Below are positions 39,001 to 51,240 of a stretch of DNA of 64,000 bases, in pieces. Made by a program: the position numbers and the translations under genes. The DNA is from Leucoraja erinacea (Eukaryota). The DNA lies in contig NC_073404.1 in the NCBI RefSeq assembly GCF_028641065.1, forward strand, positions 12,586,001 through 12,650,000. The letters run 5' to 3'. Below the pieces are notes generated by a model, which was given only the letters and a program-made list of their open reading frames with translations, was not told where the DNA came from and ran no database searches. Numbering within the stretch: position 1 is the stretch's first letter; each line of letters starts with the position of its first letter.

Positions 39001-39387
39001 TTTAACCCTTTCCTCACAAGCAAACTCATCCCATCCTTCCCAGAGCACTATTTCTGAACCAGGGGGTCCAGGGTTTCGGAGGTCAGAGGTCCAGGTATCA
39101 GTCCAGATGTCAGGGGGATCCAGGGTCGAGGGGTCTGGTGGTTAGGTCGAGAGGTCAGAGGTCCAGGATCAGTTGTCCTGAGGTCCAGGGGTTTGTAGGT
39201 CCAGAAGTCGGAGGTCCAGGATCAGGGGTCCAAGATCAGATGTCCAGCGTTGGGGATCCAGGGTTGGGGATCCAGGGTTGGAGGTGCAGGGGTTCAGGGT
39301 CGGAAATCCAAAGGTCAGGGGTCCAGGGTCAGGTCCACATTTGGAGGTCAGGAGTCCGGGGTTAGGATTCTGGAGAGTCTCCCTCTC

Positions 39388-41960
39388 TCATATCTTGGCC
39401 CTGAACTCAGGCTGCAGGAGATAGGACCAGACGGCGCTGTAGGGATGAACGAGGGGGGTGGGCTTGCCCCCGCTGTCCACGATGGGCTTGCCCTCGTTGG
39501 CCCACTTCACCAGCCCCCCCTCCAGGTTGTAGACCCTGGGGCTGGGGCTGGGGCCGGGACTGCCCTGCGCTCCGGTGGACAGGGCCTGGTCAAGTTGCTG
39601 TGCCAGCCGGGACGAGCGATAACCCACCGTGCAGTAACACACCACGTCCCGGGCAGGCCCGCTGGCTGCGGAGAGAGGGGAGGCAATGAGGGGGTGTCTG
39701 TGGGGGAGGAGGGAGCATCTTCCTGTACCCACTCCCCACGGTCTCGTGACCCCGAACCCCTCAGCACCGTCCAGCCCACACCCTTCCTAATGCATCTCTC
39801 TGCTCCTCATCCACCCTCTCCTGTCCTCACCCCAACCTCAGCACCCACCCCTCCCACCAGTCCTCCTGCTCCTCACACCCACCCTCTCCTCCCTTCCCCC
39901 CCCGTCCACCTCACTCCAACCCTCCTCAGCACCCACCCCTTCACACCCCTACCTCCACAGACCCCCTGCACCCTGCACCCACACCCCAGACTACCTCACC
40001 CCACCACTCCACCCTCCCTGCATATCCCCCCAACTGTCTCGTCCCCTCCCGTCACTCCTTGCCATCAACCCCTTCCCCTCTCACCCCTTGCCCTCTCACC
40101 CCTTGCTCTTTCACCCCTTGCCCTCCACCTGTAGCCTTTCACCCCACCCTCACCGCACCTCCACCACTTTGATTCCCTCCACCCCACCCTGACTCTCCGC
40201 GGGGGAGGGGAGGTGGGGGAAGGTGGAGAGGAAGGGCAGTGAGGGTGGGGCAGAGGCAGCGGGGTGATCGGGGTGACTGACCGAGCCCATGAGGGCCTGG
40301 GGTGGGGGGTGGGGTTTAGGGGGTGTGTGGGGGTCAGGGTTCCCCACCTGTCAGTCCCAGCTCCTTGACCACTGTCCCCACGTCGCTGGTGTCCGGGTCG
40401 ATGCGAACGGCTCCCTCCAGGTGACTGACCTCATACTCGGCCGCACTCCGAACATCCTGTAACCCAGGGGGACGAGGGTTAGAAGATTGGGTTTGGTGCG
40501 TTGTCCCTGCCCCAGGAGTGTGTGATGGGACAGTGTGGAGTCTGACCTGGTTTACCACTGCCCATCAATGGGAAGTCTGAAGAAGTGTCACAACCCGAAA
40601 CACCACCTATCTCTTTTTCCCAGAGATGCTGCCTGACCCGCTGCGTTACTCCAGCACTTTGTGTCTATCTTTGATATAAACTAGCATCTGCATTTGCTTT
40701 TTATTACATCATCTGCTTCCATTGACTGACGGTGGCCAACACTGCCATCTGCTGGAGGGGACAAGCTACTGTCTCCAACATGTCTTCGAGGTCACACAGA
40801 CTGGGCTTGTATTCACTGGATTTTGAAGGATGAGAGGGCATCTTATAGAAACTTATAAAATTATAGAAAGGACTGGACAAGCTAGATGCAGGAAAAATGT
40901 TCCCAGTGTTGGGGGAGTCCAGAACCAGGGGGCACATTCTAAGAATAAAGGGGATGCCATTTAAAACAAATGAGAAAAAACTTTTTAACCCAGAGAGTTG
41001 TGAATTTGTGGAATACTCTGCCACAGAAGGCAGTGGAGGCCAATTCACTGGATGAATTTAAAAGAGAGTTAGATAGAGTCTAGGGGCTGGCGGAATCAAT
41101 CATGGCTGATCTATCTCTCCCTCCTAACCCCATTCTCCTGCCTTCTCCACATAACCTCTGACACCGGAACAAATCGCGAATCTATCTATCTCTGCCTTAA
41201 ATATATCCAGTGACTTTGGCTTCACAGCCTTCTGTGGCAAAGAATTCCACAGATTCACCACTCTGATTAAAGAAATTTCTCCTCATCTCCTACCAAAAAG
41301 ATCATTAATTCTGATCCAATGGTCTTTGAAATCCAGATCCCTCTGACCATTCAAGAAAATACTCCTGTAATGGATACATTGCCATGCCCTTGCCTACTGT
41401 CTATATCACTCAAAGCATCCTCTCAAAGCCCCCACGGTTGTATCATCCGTGCCCTGGGGTCTGACACTGAGATAGGTCCCTCCACTGTACTCTAGTGTTT
41501 GTTCTGCACATCAGTGTCTCCCTCCCCCTCACCATTTCTCCCACCCCTCACCACATCCACCCTTCACCTGCCGATCCTTGTGCTCTGATCCCAGTAGTCT
41601 CCGCTGTCATCATCCACCGGAGACCATCGAGCATTGCCGGGGCCCTGTTCCCAGGAGAGATGGGCATGAGTGGGCAGTGCCATTGACCACAGTCTGGGCC
41701 CCGTTATCGGGAAAATGTGGGCATTGCCATTGACCAGAGATCAGGCCTTGTTACCAAGGAGAAGTGGGTAGATGTGGGAAATGCCATTGATCAGAGTCTG
41801 GACCCTGTTACCCAGGAGAGGTGGCTAGGTTTTGGGCAGTGCCACTCACCAGCAGCAAGACGTGTCCTGGTTTCTGTGCCAGCTGTTGCACCAGGGAGTC
41901 GGAGCCCATATCCTGCACGGACTGAAAGCTGCTGCGGATCCACCAGATGATTGGGTTCAT
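39388..41960 (-). CDS. Single-domain rhodanese/sulfurtransferase-like protein, copy A (165 aa)
   Basis: Exons 41960-41850 (MNPIIWWIRSSF...VLLL), 40456-40348 (DVRSAAEYEVSHLEGAVRIDP) and 39665-39388 (VVCYCTVGYRSSRLA...VYNLEGGLVKWANEGKP...VHPYSAVWSYLL...RAKI*). GT-AG introns, phases 0 and 1, open frame. Has the DVR/E(Y)/SH.GA, catalytic Cys loop and L.GG..W rhodanese motifs. Confidence 0.88.
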
Positions 41961-43097
41961 CCTCGCTGCGGGGAGGCCGCTGGAAGCTGCCGGAACACAG
42001 GAAGGAGGCATCAGGCAAACTGCGGAACGCTCCCGTGGGAGATGTGATGGAGTCATGCAGGTAACGCACAGAGATGTGGTGTAAACACACACAGGGAGCA
42101 GGGGCAGGCCCAGCCAACAGCCGCCTCTGCACAGGTCTATTGGAGACACAGCACAGAAACAGGCCCTTCGGCCCCTTTGAGTCCATGCCCACCATCGATC
42201 ACCCGTTCACATAAGTTCTATGTTATCCCACTTTCTCAACCATTCCTCACACATTCGGGGCAATTAACCTGCAAACCCACCAGCCTTTGGGATGTGCGAG
42301 GAACTCCATCATGGTCACAGGGAGAACATTGAACCCGGGTCTGTGGCGTCTGTGCCACCCTCCTCAGAAACGCTCGGCATCAGGTGTGGATGGACGGGGA
42401 TGTGCAGAAACACCCATCCCACATCTCACTGCCCACAGGTCTCCTCGTGGCCCCCTCTCCTCTCACCCTCACCCCCCCCTCATCCGCAACCTCCCCCCAT
42501 CCTCACCCTCAACCCTCCCTCATCCTCGCCCCTCCCATCACTCTCAACCCCCTCATTCTCAACCTCCCCTCATCCTCGCCCCCCCCCCCCCCCATCACCC
42601 ACACAACCCCCTTCACGCCCACCCCTCTCATCCCCCCTTGTTCTCACTCCTGCCTGGCTCTCAACTCTCTTACTCTCAACCCCCCTCATCATTGCCCCCT
42701 TATCCTCATCCGCCCCTTGTCCATCAACAGCTTCTACCAGCTGTATATTACACCCAAACTCTCCCCTTGGAACTGAACCCCCCCCCCCCCCCCCCCTTCT
42801 CCCCTGAACCCCCCCTGCAATTCTGGTGAGTGTTCAATGTCGGTACCTCTGACGTCACCCAAGAGCAGAGAGACCCAGTCGGTCGTACAGCACAGAAACA
42901 GGCCCTTCGGCCCAACTCCTCCAGGATTGGAGGGCTTGAGTTAAAATGAGTGAAGGAGGCTGAGGAGTGATCTTATGGAGATGTATAAAATGATAACGTG
43001 AATGGTCACAGTCTTTTTTCCCAGGGTACGGTAGTCTCAAACTAAAGGACATAGGTTTAATGTGGGAGGGGAGATTTAAAATGATCCTAAGAGGTAC

Positions 43098-43664
43098 ATA
43101 GAAACATAGATAGAAACATAGAAATTAGGTGCAGGAGTAGGCCATTCGGCCCTTCGAGCCTGCACCGCCATTCAATATGATCATGGCTGATCATCCAACT
43201 CAGTATCCTGTACCTGCCTTCTCTCCATACCCCCTGATCCCCTTAGCCACAAGGGCCACATCTAACTCCCTCTTAAATATAGCCAATGAACTGGCCTCAA
43301 CTACCCTCTGGTGGCAGAGAGTTCCAGAGATTCACCACTCTCTGTGTGAAAAAAGTTCTTCTCATCTCGGTTTTAAAGGATTTCCCCCCTTATCCTTAAG
43401 CTGTGACCCCTTGTCCTGGACTTCCCTAACATCGGGAACAATCTTCCTGCATCTAGCCTGTCCAACCCCTTAAGAATTTTGTAAGTTTCTATAAGATCCC
43501 CTCTCAATCTCCTAAATTCTAGAGAGTATAAACCAAGTCTATCCAGTCTTTCTTCATAAGACAGTCCTGACATCCCAGGAATCAGTCTGGTGAACCGTGG
43601 TGGTGGTGGTGGTGAGGACGGGGGTTGCGCCCGTTCCGCCGACTGACCGCTTCAACTCCGCGCC
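43098..43664 (-). mobile_element. 5'-truncated CR1 LINE fused to a captured copy of MED31 promoter/5'UTR sequence
   Basis: (CATAGAAA)n tail and LINE 3' end to ~43596, then 43595-43667 matches 46246-46313. GGTAC flanks both ends. Confidence 0.75.
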
Positions 43665-44339
43665 GGTACCTTATGCACACAAAGGTGGGTATATAGGGTA
43701 GTTGAGACAGGAACTATAACAGCATTTAACAGATATTTGGACTGGTATATAGATGGGAAAGGCTTAGAGGGATACGGACTGAATGCAGGTCAGGAGTTGG
43801 GCCAAAGGGACTGTCTCCAGAAAGAAAACCCACAAAGTTCCTGGAGTAACTCAGTGGGTCAGGCAATGTTTCTGGAGAATATGGAAAGGCCACATTCCTG
43901 GTCGGGATCCTTCTTCACTCTGAACTAAATTGTCACCTAGTCATGTTCTCCAGAGATGCTGCCTAACCTGCTGAGTTACTCCAGCACTTTGTGTCCTTTT
44001 TTTCGTATAGCAGCAACTGCAGTTCCTTGTGTCTCCACCCATCACATTTACAGATCCAGACTATGGATTCCGCCTGTGGATATGGATATTGGCTGGAGGG
44101 TAAAGTAGGCAGCATGGATCGGGACAGTGATGAGGCTGTCTCCCCAGGCAGTGTGTGGGAGATCATGGCCTAATGCTCTGTTGGATGAAGATCGAGAGGG
44201 AGGTATGACGAGCTGATCCTAATGCACCAGTCCTCCAGCACCGGTCCTCCATTATTGGTCCTCCAGCTCAGGGGGGGGGGGGGGGGGGGAGTGGGGTCAG
44301 CACAAGTCTGCCAGGTCACAGGGGCAACTGGTCCTCCAC

Positions 44340-44690
44340 CATTGAGGGTGGAACTGGTCCTCCAGCCCACTGGGGGGCAGCCTTGATCCTCCAGCCCTGG
44401 TCCTCCAGCCCACTGGGGGGCAGCCTTGATCCTCCAGCCCTGGTCCTCCAGCCCACTGGGGGCAGCCTTGGTCCTCCAGCCTTGGTCCTCCAGCCCTGGT
44501 CCTCCAGCCCACTGGGGAGCAGCCTTGGTCCTCCAGCCCACTGGGTGGCAGCCTTGGTCCTCCAGCCCACTGGGGGGCAGCCTTGGTCCTCCAGCCCTGG
44601 TCCTCCAGCCCACTGGGGGGCCGCCTTGGTCCTCCAGCCCACTGGGGGCAGCCTTGGTCCTCCAGCCCTGGTCCTCCAGCCCACTGGGGG
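44340..44690. repeat. Minisatellite, unit ~CAGCCTTGGTCCTCCAGCCCACTGGGGGG
   Basis: About 10 tandem units with a GGTCCTCCAGCCCT sub-repeat. Confidence 0.9.
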
Positions 44691-44713
44691 GGAGGGGCAG
44701 TTCTGGTTTCTAG

Positions 44714-46189
44714 CAAAGATCTTATAGCGGAGCAAGATAGGCTACTCCTGCTAAATGCAATGGACTGACGTGTAGTACGCTATGGAGGGGGATCATGGGC
44801 ATTTTCCACGCCCATTTTAGCAACCTGAGCCTACCTGACCCGACCCGACTCGCACTGTAATCAATGTTGCGGGGCAACAGTTTGTGTGGGTCAGATTCAT
44901 AAATCTGTCAGTTCAAACTTCTTGTCAAGAATAAAATTTGATTCTGGTAATTGTCTTTTTTAATGTTTTTTAAATCATTTCTTTTTAAATGGCTCACAAG
45001 CCGTGTTTGAGTTGATTTTGTAGTAACCGGAACCGACCGACTCGCAGGGTGATTGACAGGGGGGACTTTTTGTGCGTGATATAGGGTTAGATTCATAATT
45101 CAATTAGTTCATAATTCTGTTGATTCTTGTTAAGGAATAAAATGTTTATAAACACACATACATTAAATTATATAAATGTCTATAGCACACACAATTATAT
45201 TTCTTCTAAACCAATAATGAACTTTATTTCAGACTAGACAAGGGACATTAAATAAGAAACATTGTAAATAAGAAACATTGTCTTGGGGCACTCCCTCTCC
45301 CCGCTGCCCCGGGCCCCGCACTCCTTCTCCCCGCTGCCCCGGGCCCCGCACTCCTTCTCCCCGCACTCTCTCTCCCCGCTGCCCCGGACTCCGCACTCTC
45401 TCCCCGCTGCCCCGGGCCCCGCACTCTCTCTCCCCGCTGCCCCGGGCCCCGCACTCTCTCTCCCCGCTACCCCTCGCTGCCCTGGACCCCGCACTCTCTC
45501 TCCCCGCTGCCCTGCACTCTCTCTCCCCGCACTCTCTCTCCCCGCTGCCCCGGACCCCGCACTCTCTCTCCCCGCTGCCCCGGACCCCGCACACTCTCTC
45601 TCCCCGCTGCCTCGGGCCCCGCACTCTCTCTCCCCGGCCCCGCACTCTCTCTCCCCGCTGCCCCGGGCCCCGCACTCTCTCTCCCCGCTGCCCCGGGCCC
45701 CGCACTCTCTCTCCCCGCTGCCCCGGGCCCCGCACTCTCTCTCCCCGCTGCCCCGGGCCCCGCACTCTCGCTCCCCGCTGCCCCCTACCCCGCCCTCCTT
45801 CTCCCCGCCGCCCCGCCCTCCCTCTCCCCCGCTGCCCCGCACCCCGCCCTCCCTCTCCCCGCTGCACCCCACCCCGCACTCTCTCTCCCCGCTGCCCCGG
45901 ACCCCGCACTCTCTCTCCCCGCTGCCCCGGGGCACTCTCTCTCCCCGCTGCCCCGGGCCCCGCACTCTCTCTCCCCGCTGCCCCGGGCCCCGCACTCTCT
46001 CTCCCCGCTGCGGATCCAATCTCTGGCCGGAAGCAAGAAGGCGGGACCAAGAAAGCGGAGCAAGATGGCGGAACAAGATGGCGGAGTCAGCTTGCTAAAA
46101 TGTGTCCTGTAATTACCCATGAAACCGCCCATGAGCGTACCTCACGTTTGCGTGAGAGTAACCTATCTTGCTCCGCTCTAAGATCTTTG
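44714..46189. mobile_element. Non-autonomous DNA transposon (P- or hAT-like) with ~30-bp TIRs and an 8-bp TSD
   Basis: TIR CAAAGATCTTAKAGCGGAGCAAGATAGG at both ends; GTTTCTAG duplicated at 44706-44713 and 46190-46197. Confidence 0.9.
45290..46010. repeat. GC-rich 30-bp minisatellite (CCCCGCTGCCCCGGGCCCCGCACTCTCTCT)n inside the transposon
   Basis: More than 20 tandem units; the source of the long repetitive ORFs at 45.2-46.2 kb. Confidence 0.92.
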
Positions 46190-46199
46190 GTTTCTAGTC

Positions 46200-46419
46200 C
46201 TCCAGCCCTGGGGGCGGAAGTGGCCTACCTACCGTGCGTCACTTCCCGTGAGTGGTGGTGAGGACGGGGGTTGCGCCCGTTCCGCCGACTGACCGCTTCA
46301 ACTTCTCGCCGGTCTCACGGGCCGCTTCAGGCGGTGGGGGCGGGGGCAGCTCCGGTCGGCAGCACAGTCGGGCGCGGAGGCTGCGGGTCTGGTGGAGGCG
46401 CGAGGCCGGCGGAGGGACG
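46200..46419. promoter_or_regulatory. CpG-island promoter of MED31, possibly bidirectional
   Basis: GGGGCGGAAGTG (Sp/ETS-like) and an inverted CACTTCC ETS core, CpG-dense, directly before the MED31 ATG. Confidence 0.65.
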
Positions 46420-48609
46420 ATGGCCGCGGTCTTCCAGCTCCCTGGAGACAGGGAGGCGGCTTCCGGCCATGTGACCCAGTGCAGGGGATCACGGCGGGGG
46501 GGGGGGGGGAGCTGGTGGGGGGGGGGTGGGGAGCTGTGGGTGGGGGATGGGAGCGGAGCGGGGGGGGGGGGGTGGAGGACGAAGTAGGGGGAAAGCGGGT
46601 AGGACCAAGGGGTTGTTGGAGGAGACGATGGGAGCGGGGGGGGGGGGGGGGGGGAGGGTTGGGTGGAGGGTGGAGTGTGGAAAGAGCGGGGGTGAGAGTG
46701 GGGGATGGAGGAGGAAGTAGGGGGAAAGAGGGTAAGACCACGGGGGGGTTGATGGAGGAGAAGGTGAGAGGATGAAGGGAGCTGGGGGAATAGAGAGTTG
46801 AAACCGGACCAACCGGAGGAAACCCACGTAGTCACAGGGAGAACGTGCAAACGCCACACAGACAGCACCCGAGGTCAGGATTGAGTCCAGGTCTCTGGTG
46901 CAGTAAAGCAGCTCTGCCAGCTGCGCCACTGTGCTATTTCGGATGGCCGATGGTGGATAGGGGAGGGAGAGGGGACGAGTTCATGTCATGGTCCTTCTCC
47001 GCTGCGGACCACGCAGGTTATCATTCACGGTTCCAACATCGTGCGGCCGTCTGTACTTAAACGGCGAGGTAGTTACTCTGTGTGTTTACCCCCCTCTCCC
47101 TGCCCCCAGAGGAACAGGCGAAGCTGCGATTCCAGATGGAGCTGGAGTTTGTTCAGTGTCTGGCGAACCCTAACTACCTAAACTGTGAGTATCACGCTCT
47201 CTCCCCGCAGCTGGGTTGTTTTCTCTGGGCTATCGGAGGCTGAGGGGAGACCTGATTGAATTAAATATAATTATGTGGGGCATAGATAGGGTAGACAATC
47301 AGAACCTTTTATTCAGGTTGGATATATCAAAGATTAGAGGGCATAGCTTTAAGATGAGAGGGGCGAAATGTAAAGTGGAGGTATTACATGAATGGTGGGT
47401 GTCGGAAACGTTATCAGGAGTGGTGGAGATGTCCATTTAAGAGGCTTTTTGATAGGTACATGGATATGCAGGGAATGGAAGGATGTGGATCACGTGCAGT
47501 CAGAGGAGGTTAGATTAACTTGACATCGTGTTTGACGCAGACCTGGGCCGAAGGGCTTGTTCTGTGCTGTACTGTTCTATGAAGGCAGCAGTGGTGTTAG
47601 AGGGAGTGACTTCTATAAAGAATGGGTGGAGAGGGCAGCTGGGCATGAGGGAATGTGGTCACAGTTGATGCCCAGTGAGAGGCAAGGGTACGGGACCAGG
47701 GGTTGTGGCTGAGGGGCTTGGTGCAGCAGGGTTAATGCCTGCAGTCCAATTTTCCTGCCATCTAATAGAGTGATCTTGTTCCGGCCACAGTCTTGGCGCA
47801 GAGGGGTTACTTCAGAGACCGCACGTTTGTCAACTACTTCAAATACCTCCTGTACTGGAAGGAGCCCGAGTACGCCAGGTACCTGAAGTAAGTGCTGTAC
47901 TGCTCTATGTACCGTGTGAGTGCTCATGCGCCGATCTGTGACATTACATTGTCTCCCCCCACACACTCGTCTGTTTCCTACCACCTCTCACTCATTCTCT
48001 CCCCCACCCCCCACCCCCTCCCTCACTCTCTCTTCCTCTCCCTTGCACAATTTCCATTCCACCTCACCCTCTTTCTCACTTACTCTCTCTCACTCCCTCA
48101 TTCTTGACCCCCCATTTCACCTCTTACTCTCTCGCCCATCTCCCGCTCTGTCCCTCACTCTCTCTTTCTGCCTCTCCCTCAGTAACTCTCCCCTTCACTC
48201 ACTCATTCTATCTCCCCTCTCTCCCCATTCTTGATCTTCCCCCCTCTTTCAACACCTCTCACTCATTCACTACCCCATTCACTCTCTCCCCCTCTCTCTT
48301 TCCCTCTCGCTCACTCACAATCATTTTCTCACTCTCCCATCCCTCTCTTCCCCTCTCCCTCGCCCACTCATCCTCTCTCCCTCCTCCTCTTTCACTCTCT
48401 CACTCTCTCTCCCCAGGTACCCCCAGTGTCTCCACATGTTGGAGCTGCTTCAGTACGAGCACTTCCGCAAGGAGCTGGTCAACGCCCAGTGCGCCAAGTT
48501 CATCGATGAGCAGCAGCTGCTGCACTGGCAGCATTACTCCCGCAAGCGTGCGCGGCTGCAGCAGGCCCTGGCTGAGCAGCAGCAGCAGAACAACGCCTCC
48601 AGCAAGTGA
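46420..48609 (+). CDS. MED31: Mediator complex subunit 31, 4 exons
   Basis: Exons 46420-46451 (apparent assembly errors, see findings), 47110-47184, 47791-47887 and 48417-48609: RFQMELEFVQCLANPNYLNFLAQRGYF...YPQCLHMLELLQYEHFRKELVNAQCAKFIDEQQLLHWQHYSRKR...QQQQNNASSK*. Confidence 0.96.
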
Positions 48610-50684
48610 GGGCCCAGCGGGCCAGCCAGCCGGGTCAGCGGGGGGAGGGCACCCACAGCCTGGCCAATGGCTCTGCGGCACATGGACAGAGACAGCATGG
48701 AGCAGGGGCCCCGGGCAGGAGGGCCCCTCCGCGGATATTTATAAACCAGTCGGACTTGTGCAGTGATTGAAGTGCTAGAATCTGCGGTCTGCTTCCTGTG
48801 GCCATCGGCTGGATTCACTGTTGAGAGTCTACACCAATAGGATGAACATCTCTTCAGAACCTGTAGAACTTGTCCGGTTACCCAGTTGGGAACCCAGAAA
48901 TGTTAGTCATTTGTAGACGGAATTGGAGGAGTCAAAAAAGAGTTCCTGGATTTCAGTCTGTTGTGAAAGTCTACATCCAGCAACAACTCACGTCTGCCTG
49001 TCCAGCCCAGTCCTGCACTATCGTTGCATAACATGGATACAGTACTGGTGGGGACGGGTCTGACACTGTAAAACACTGGGATACAGTACTGGTGGGGATG
49101 GGTGTCAGTGTATCAGTGAGGGCCTGTGGTCAGGATTCCCCTGTGACTCCCAGTGCAGCATTGGCAGTGACTGGGCCAGCAGCGGCAGATGTGTTGGGTT
49201 ATTTTGTAAATTATCGCAGATTTGTCTATAAATCATTTGTGATTGATACAATGGGGTAGTTTCCACTCCGAATCTCTGGGAGAAACCCAGTGTGTGTGAA
49301 TTTGCATGTGCACAATCCCAGTATGTTTGTGCACAAACCAGTGGTGGTGAGAATGGGAAGAATAAGGAATCTGACAGAAGCATCTGTCCTGGGAAGAGCT
49401 GGCTCGGTGTCCAGGACTCTGGGACTAGCCTCTTCTCCTCCTCACAGCTCTGACCTGCCATGAATGCTGCCTCAGTGTAGCCACCCTCCTCCATCCCTTT
49501 TACTCAACATCTTGACTGTTGCATTCCCACAAACCTTGTCAACCTGCACTTATTGACCTCCTGTACCACATGTCCCATCTCCCCCAATCTCGCTGCCTTC
49601 TATTTTAAACTCCTCACTTTGTGTTGAAGTCTCTCTGTAGTCTCGCCCCTCCCTCCCTATCGATGGTGGCCTCTCCACCAGCCATGATTCACCTCCCCAT
49701 CTTGCCTCTCACCGATTCATGGTTTTAAGCCACTGAGCCAGTAGGACAGAGCTGAGCTCCATGCACCCTGCCCTCTCCCCAACCTGCCATCTTCCTGGGA
49801 CTTCCAGCTCTTCTGCCAGGTGTGTGGTTCCTTTGCTTTCGACAACTGTCCGGTGAGGGAGTGCAATCATTGATAGAACGATACAGCATGGAACAGGCCC
49901 TTTGGCGAGTCCATGCCGACAGCCGATCACGCTAGATGGGTGCAATATGCTGGAGTAACTCGTGGGTCAGTCTGAAAAAGGGTTCTGACCTGAATTGTGG
50001 CCTATTCCTTTTCTCCATAGATGCTGTCTGGCCCATTGAGTTACCCTAGCACTGTACCTGTCCCGCTAAGTTATTCCAGCATTTTGTGTCTACCTTCAGT
50101 TGAAGCCAGCATCTGCAGTTCCTTCCTACACATTATACCTATCCATGTTCTCCAGAGATTCTGCCTGACCCGTTGAGTTACTCCAGCATTTTGTGCCTGT
50201 CTTGAGTATAAACCAGCATCGGCAGCTCCTTCCTACCCATCCACACTAATTCTATGTTATCCCACTTTCACATCCACTCCATACACTTTAGGGACAACTT
50301 TACAGAGGCCAATCTCCAACCCCGCACATCTTTGGGCTATGAGGTGAAACCAGAGTATTTGGAGGAAACCCGTCCAGTCATAGAGAGAAGGTGCAAACTC
50401 CACACAGGCAGCACCTGAGGTCAGGATCGAACCTGGGTCTCGGGTGCAGTGAGTCACCCACTCTACCCAGCTGTGCTGCCCCTGCTGGAGGCCGAGCAAA
50501 GGAATGGTCAGCTTCCTGTCTAATATTGACCAGCATCACCAAGACTTACCCGTCCAGCCTTTCCACAGATGCTGCTTGACCTGCTGAATTCCTCCAGCAC
50601 TTTGTGGCTTTTCTCAAGATTCCAGCAACTGCGGTTCCTTGTGTCACAGGAGTGATTTATTCTCAGTGCTGTTTGTGTTGTTCT

Positions 50685-50875
50685 GTGCACAATTTAGCTG
50701 CTGAGGCTCATGAATTACAACCGTGGTCGTCGTGCTCCAGCGCTGTACAGGACGTCTGATCTCTTATGTTGCTGTCTCAGCGCCAATAGACTAGAGGCTG
50801 TGTTGTGTCCAAGGTACAAACTCGGGGAGTTAAACTTTAACAACAGGGTTCATTAATAAGTGAACCATTCCTGTA
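50685..50875 (+). promoter_or_regulatory. Conserved non-coding block upstream of rhodanese copy B
   Basis: Alignable with the reverse complement of 58003-58232, upstream of copy C; includes CCAAT. Confidence 0.5.
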
Positions 50876-51024
50876 GTGTCCGGGAGGTTACCCGTGCAAC
50901 TCCTGTCGGAGTGCTGGTACCGAGGACGTTGCCAAACCTAGGTCGAAGAACGCCGGTTTAAAGAACTCTTAATGGAGGTGTGAGCGGTGAAGGGTTTAGG
51001 GAGTTCAGAAGCTGGCAGCCAGCA

Positions 51025-51240
51025 TTGTGTACGAAGGAACTGCAGATACCGGTTTACACCGAAGATAGACACAAAATGCTGGAGTAACCCGGTAGGACAG
51101 GCAGCATCTCTGGATAGAAGGAATGGGTGACTGACTGAAATCTGAAGAAGGGTCTCGACCTGAAACGTCACCCATTCCTTTTCTCCAAAGATGCTGCCTG
51201 TCCCGCTGAGTTAACCCAGCATTTTGTGACCATCTTCAAT
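51025..51240. mobile_element. Palindromic Penelope-type repeat carrying a minimal hammerhead-like core
   Basis: Inverted arms 'gatagacacaaaatgctggagtaac...gcagcatctct' and 'agatgctgcctgtcccgctgagtta...', with centre CTGAAGAAGGGTCTCGACCTGAAACGTC. Many similar copies in the window. Confidence 0.6.

Noticed and set aside
39250-40134. 294-aa plus-strand ORF
   Set aside because: Antisense shadow of rhodanese A exon 3 plus a C-rich intron.
44170-46261. Long repetitive ORFs (GPGQRGERVR, WRTKAAP repeats)
   Set aside because: Translations of two minisatellites that are open in several frames.
50699-50713. TGCTGAGGCTCAT as an Nrf2/ARE site upstream of the rhodanese genes
   Set aside because: Spacing is two bases longer than the TGCTGAGTCAT consensus.
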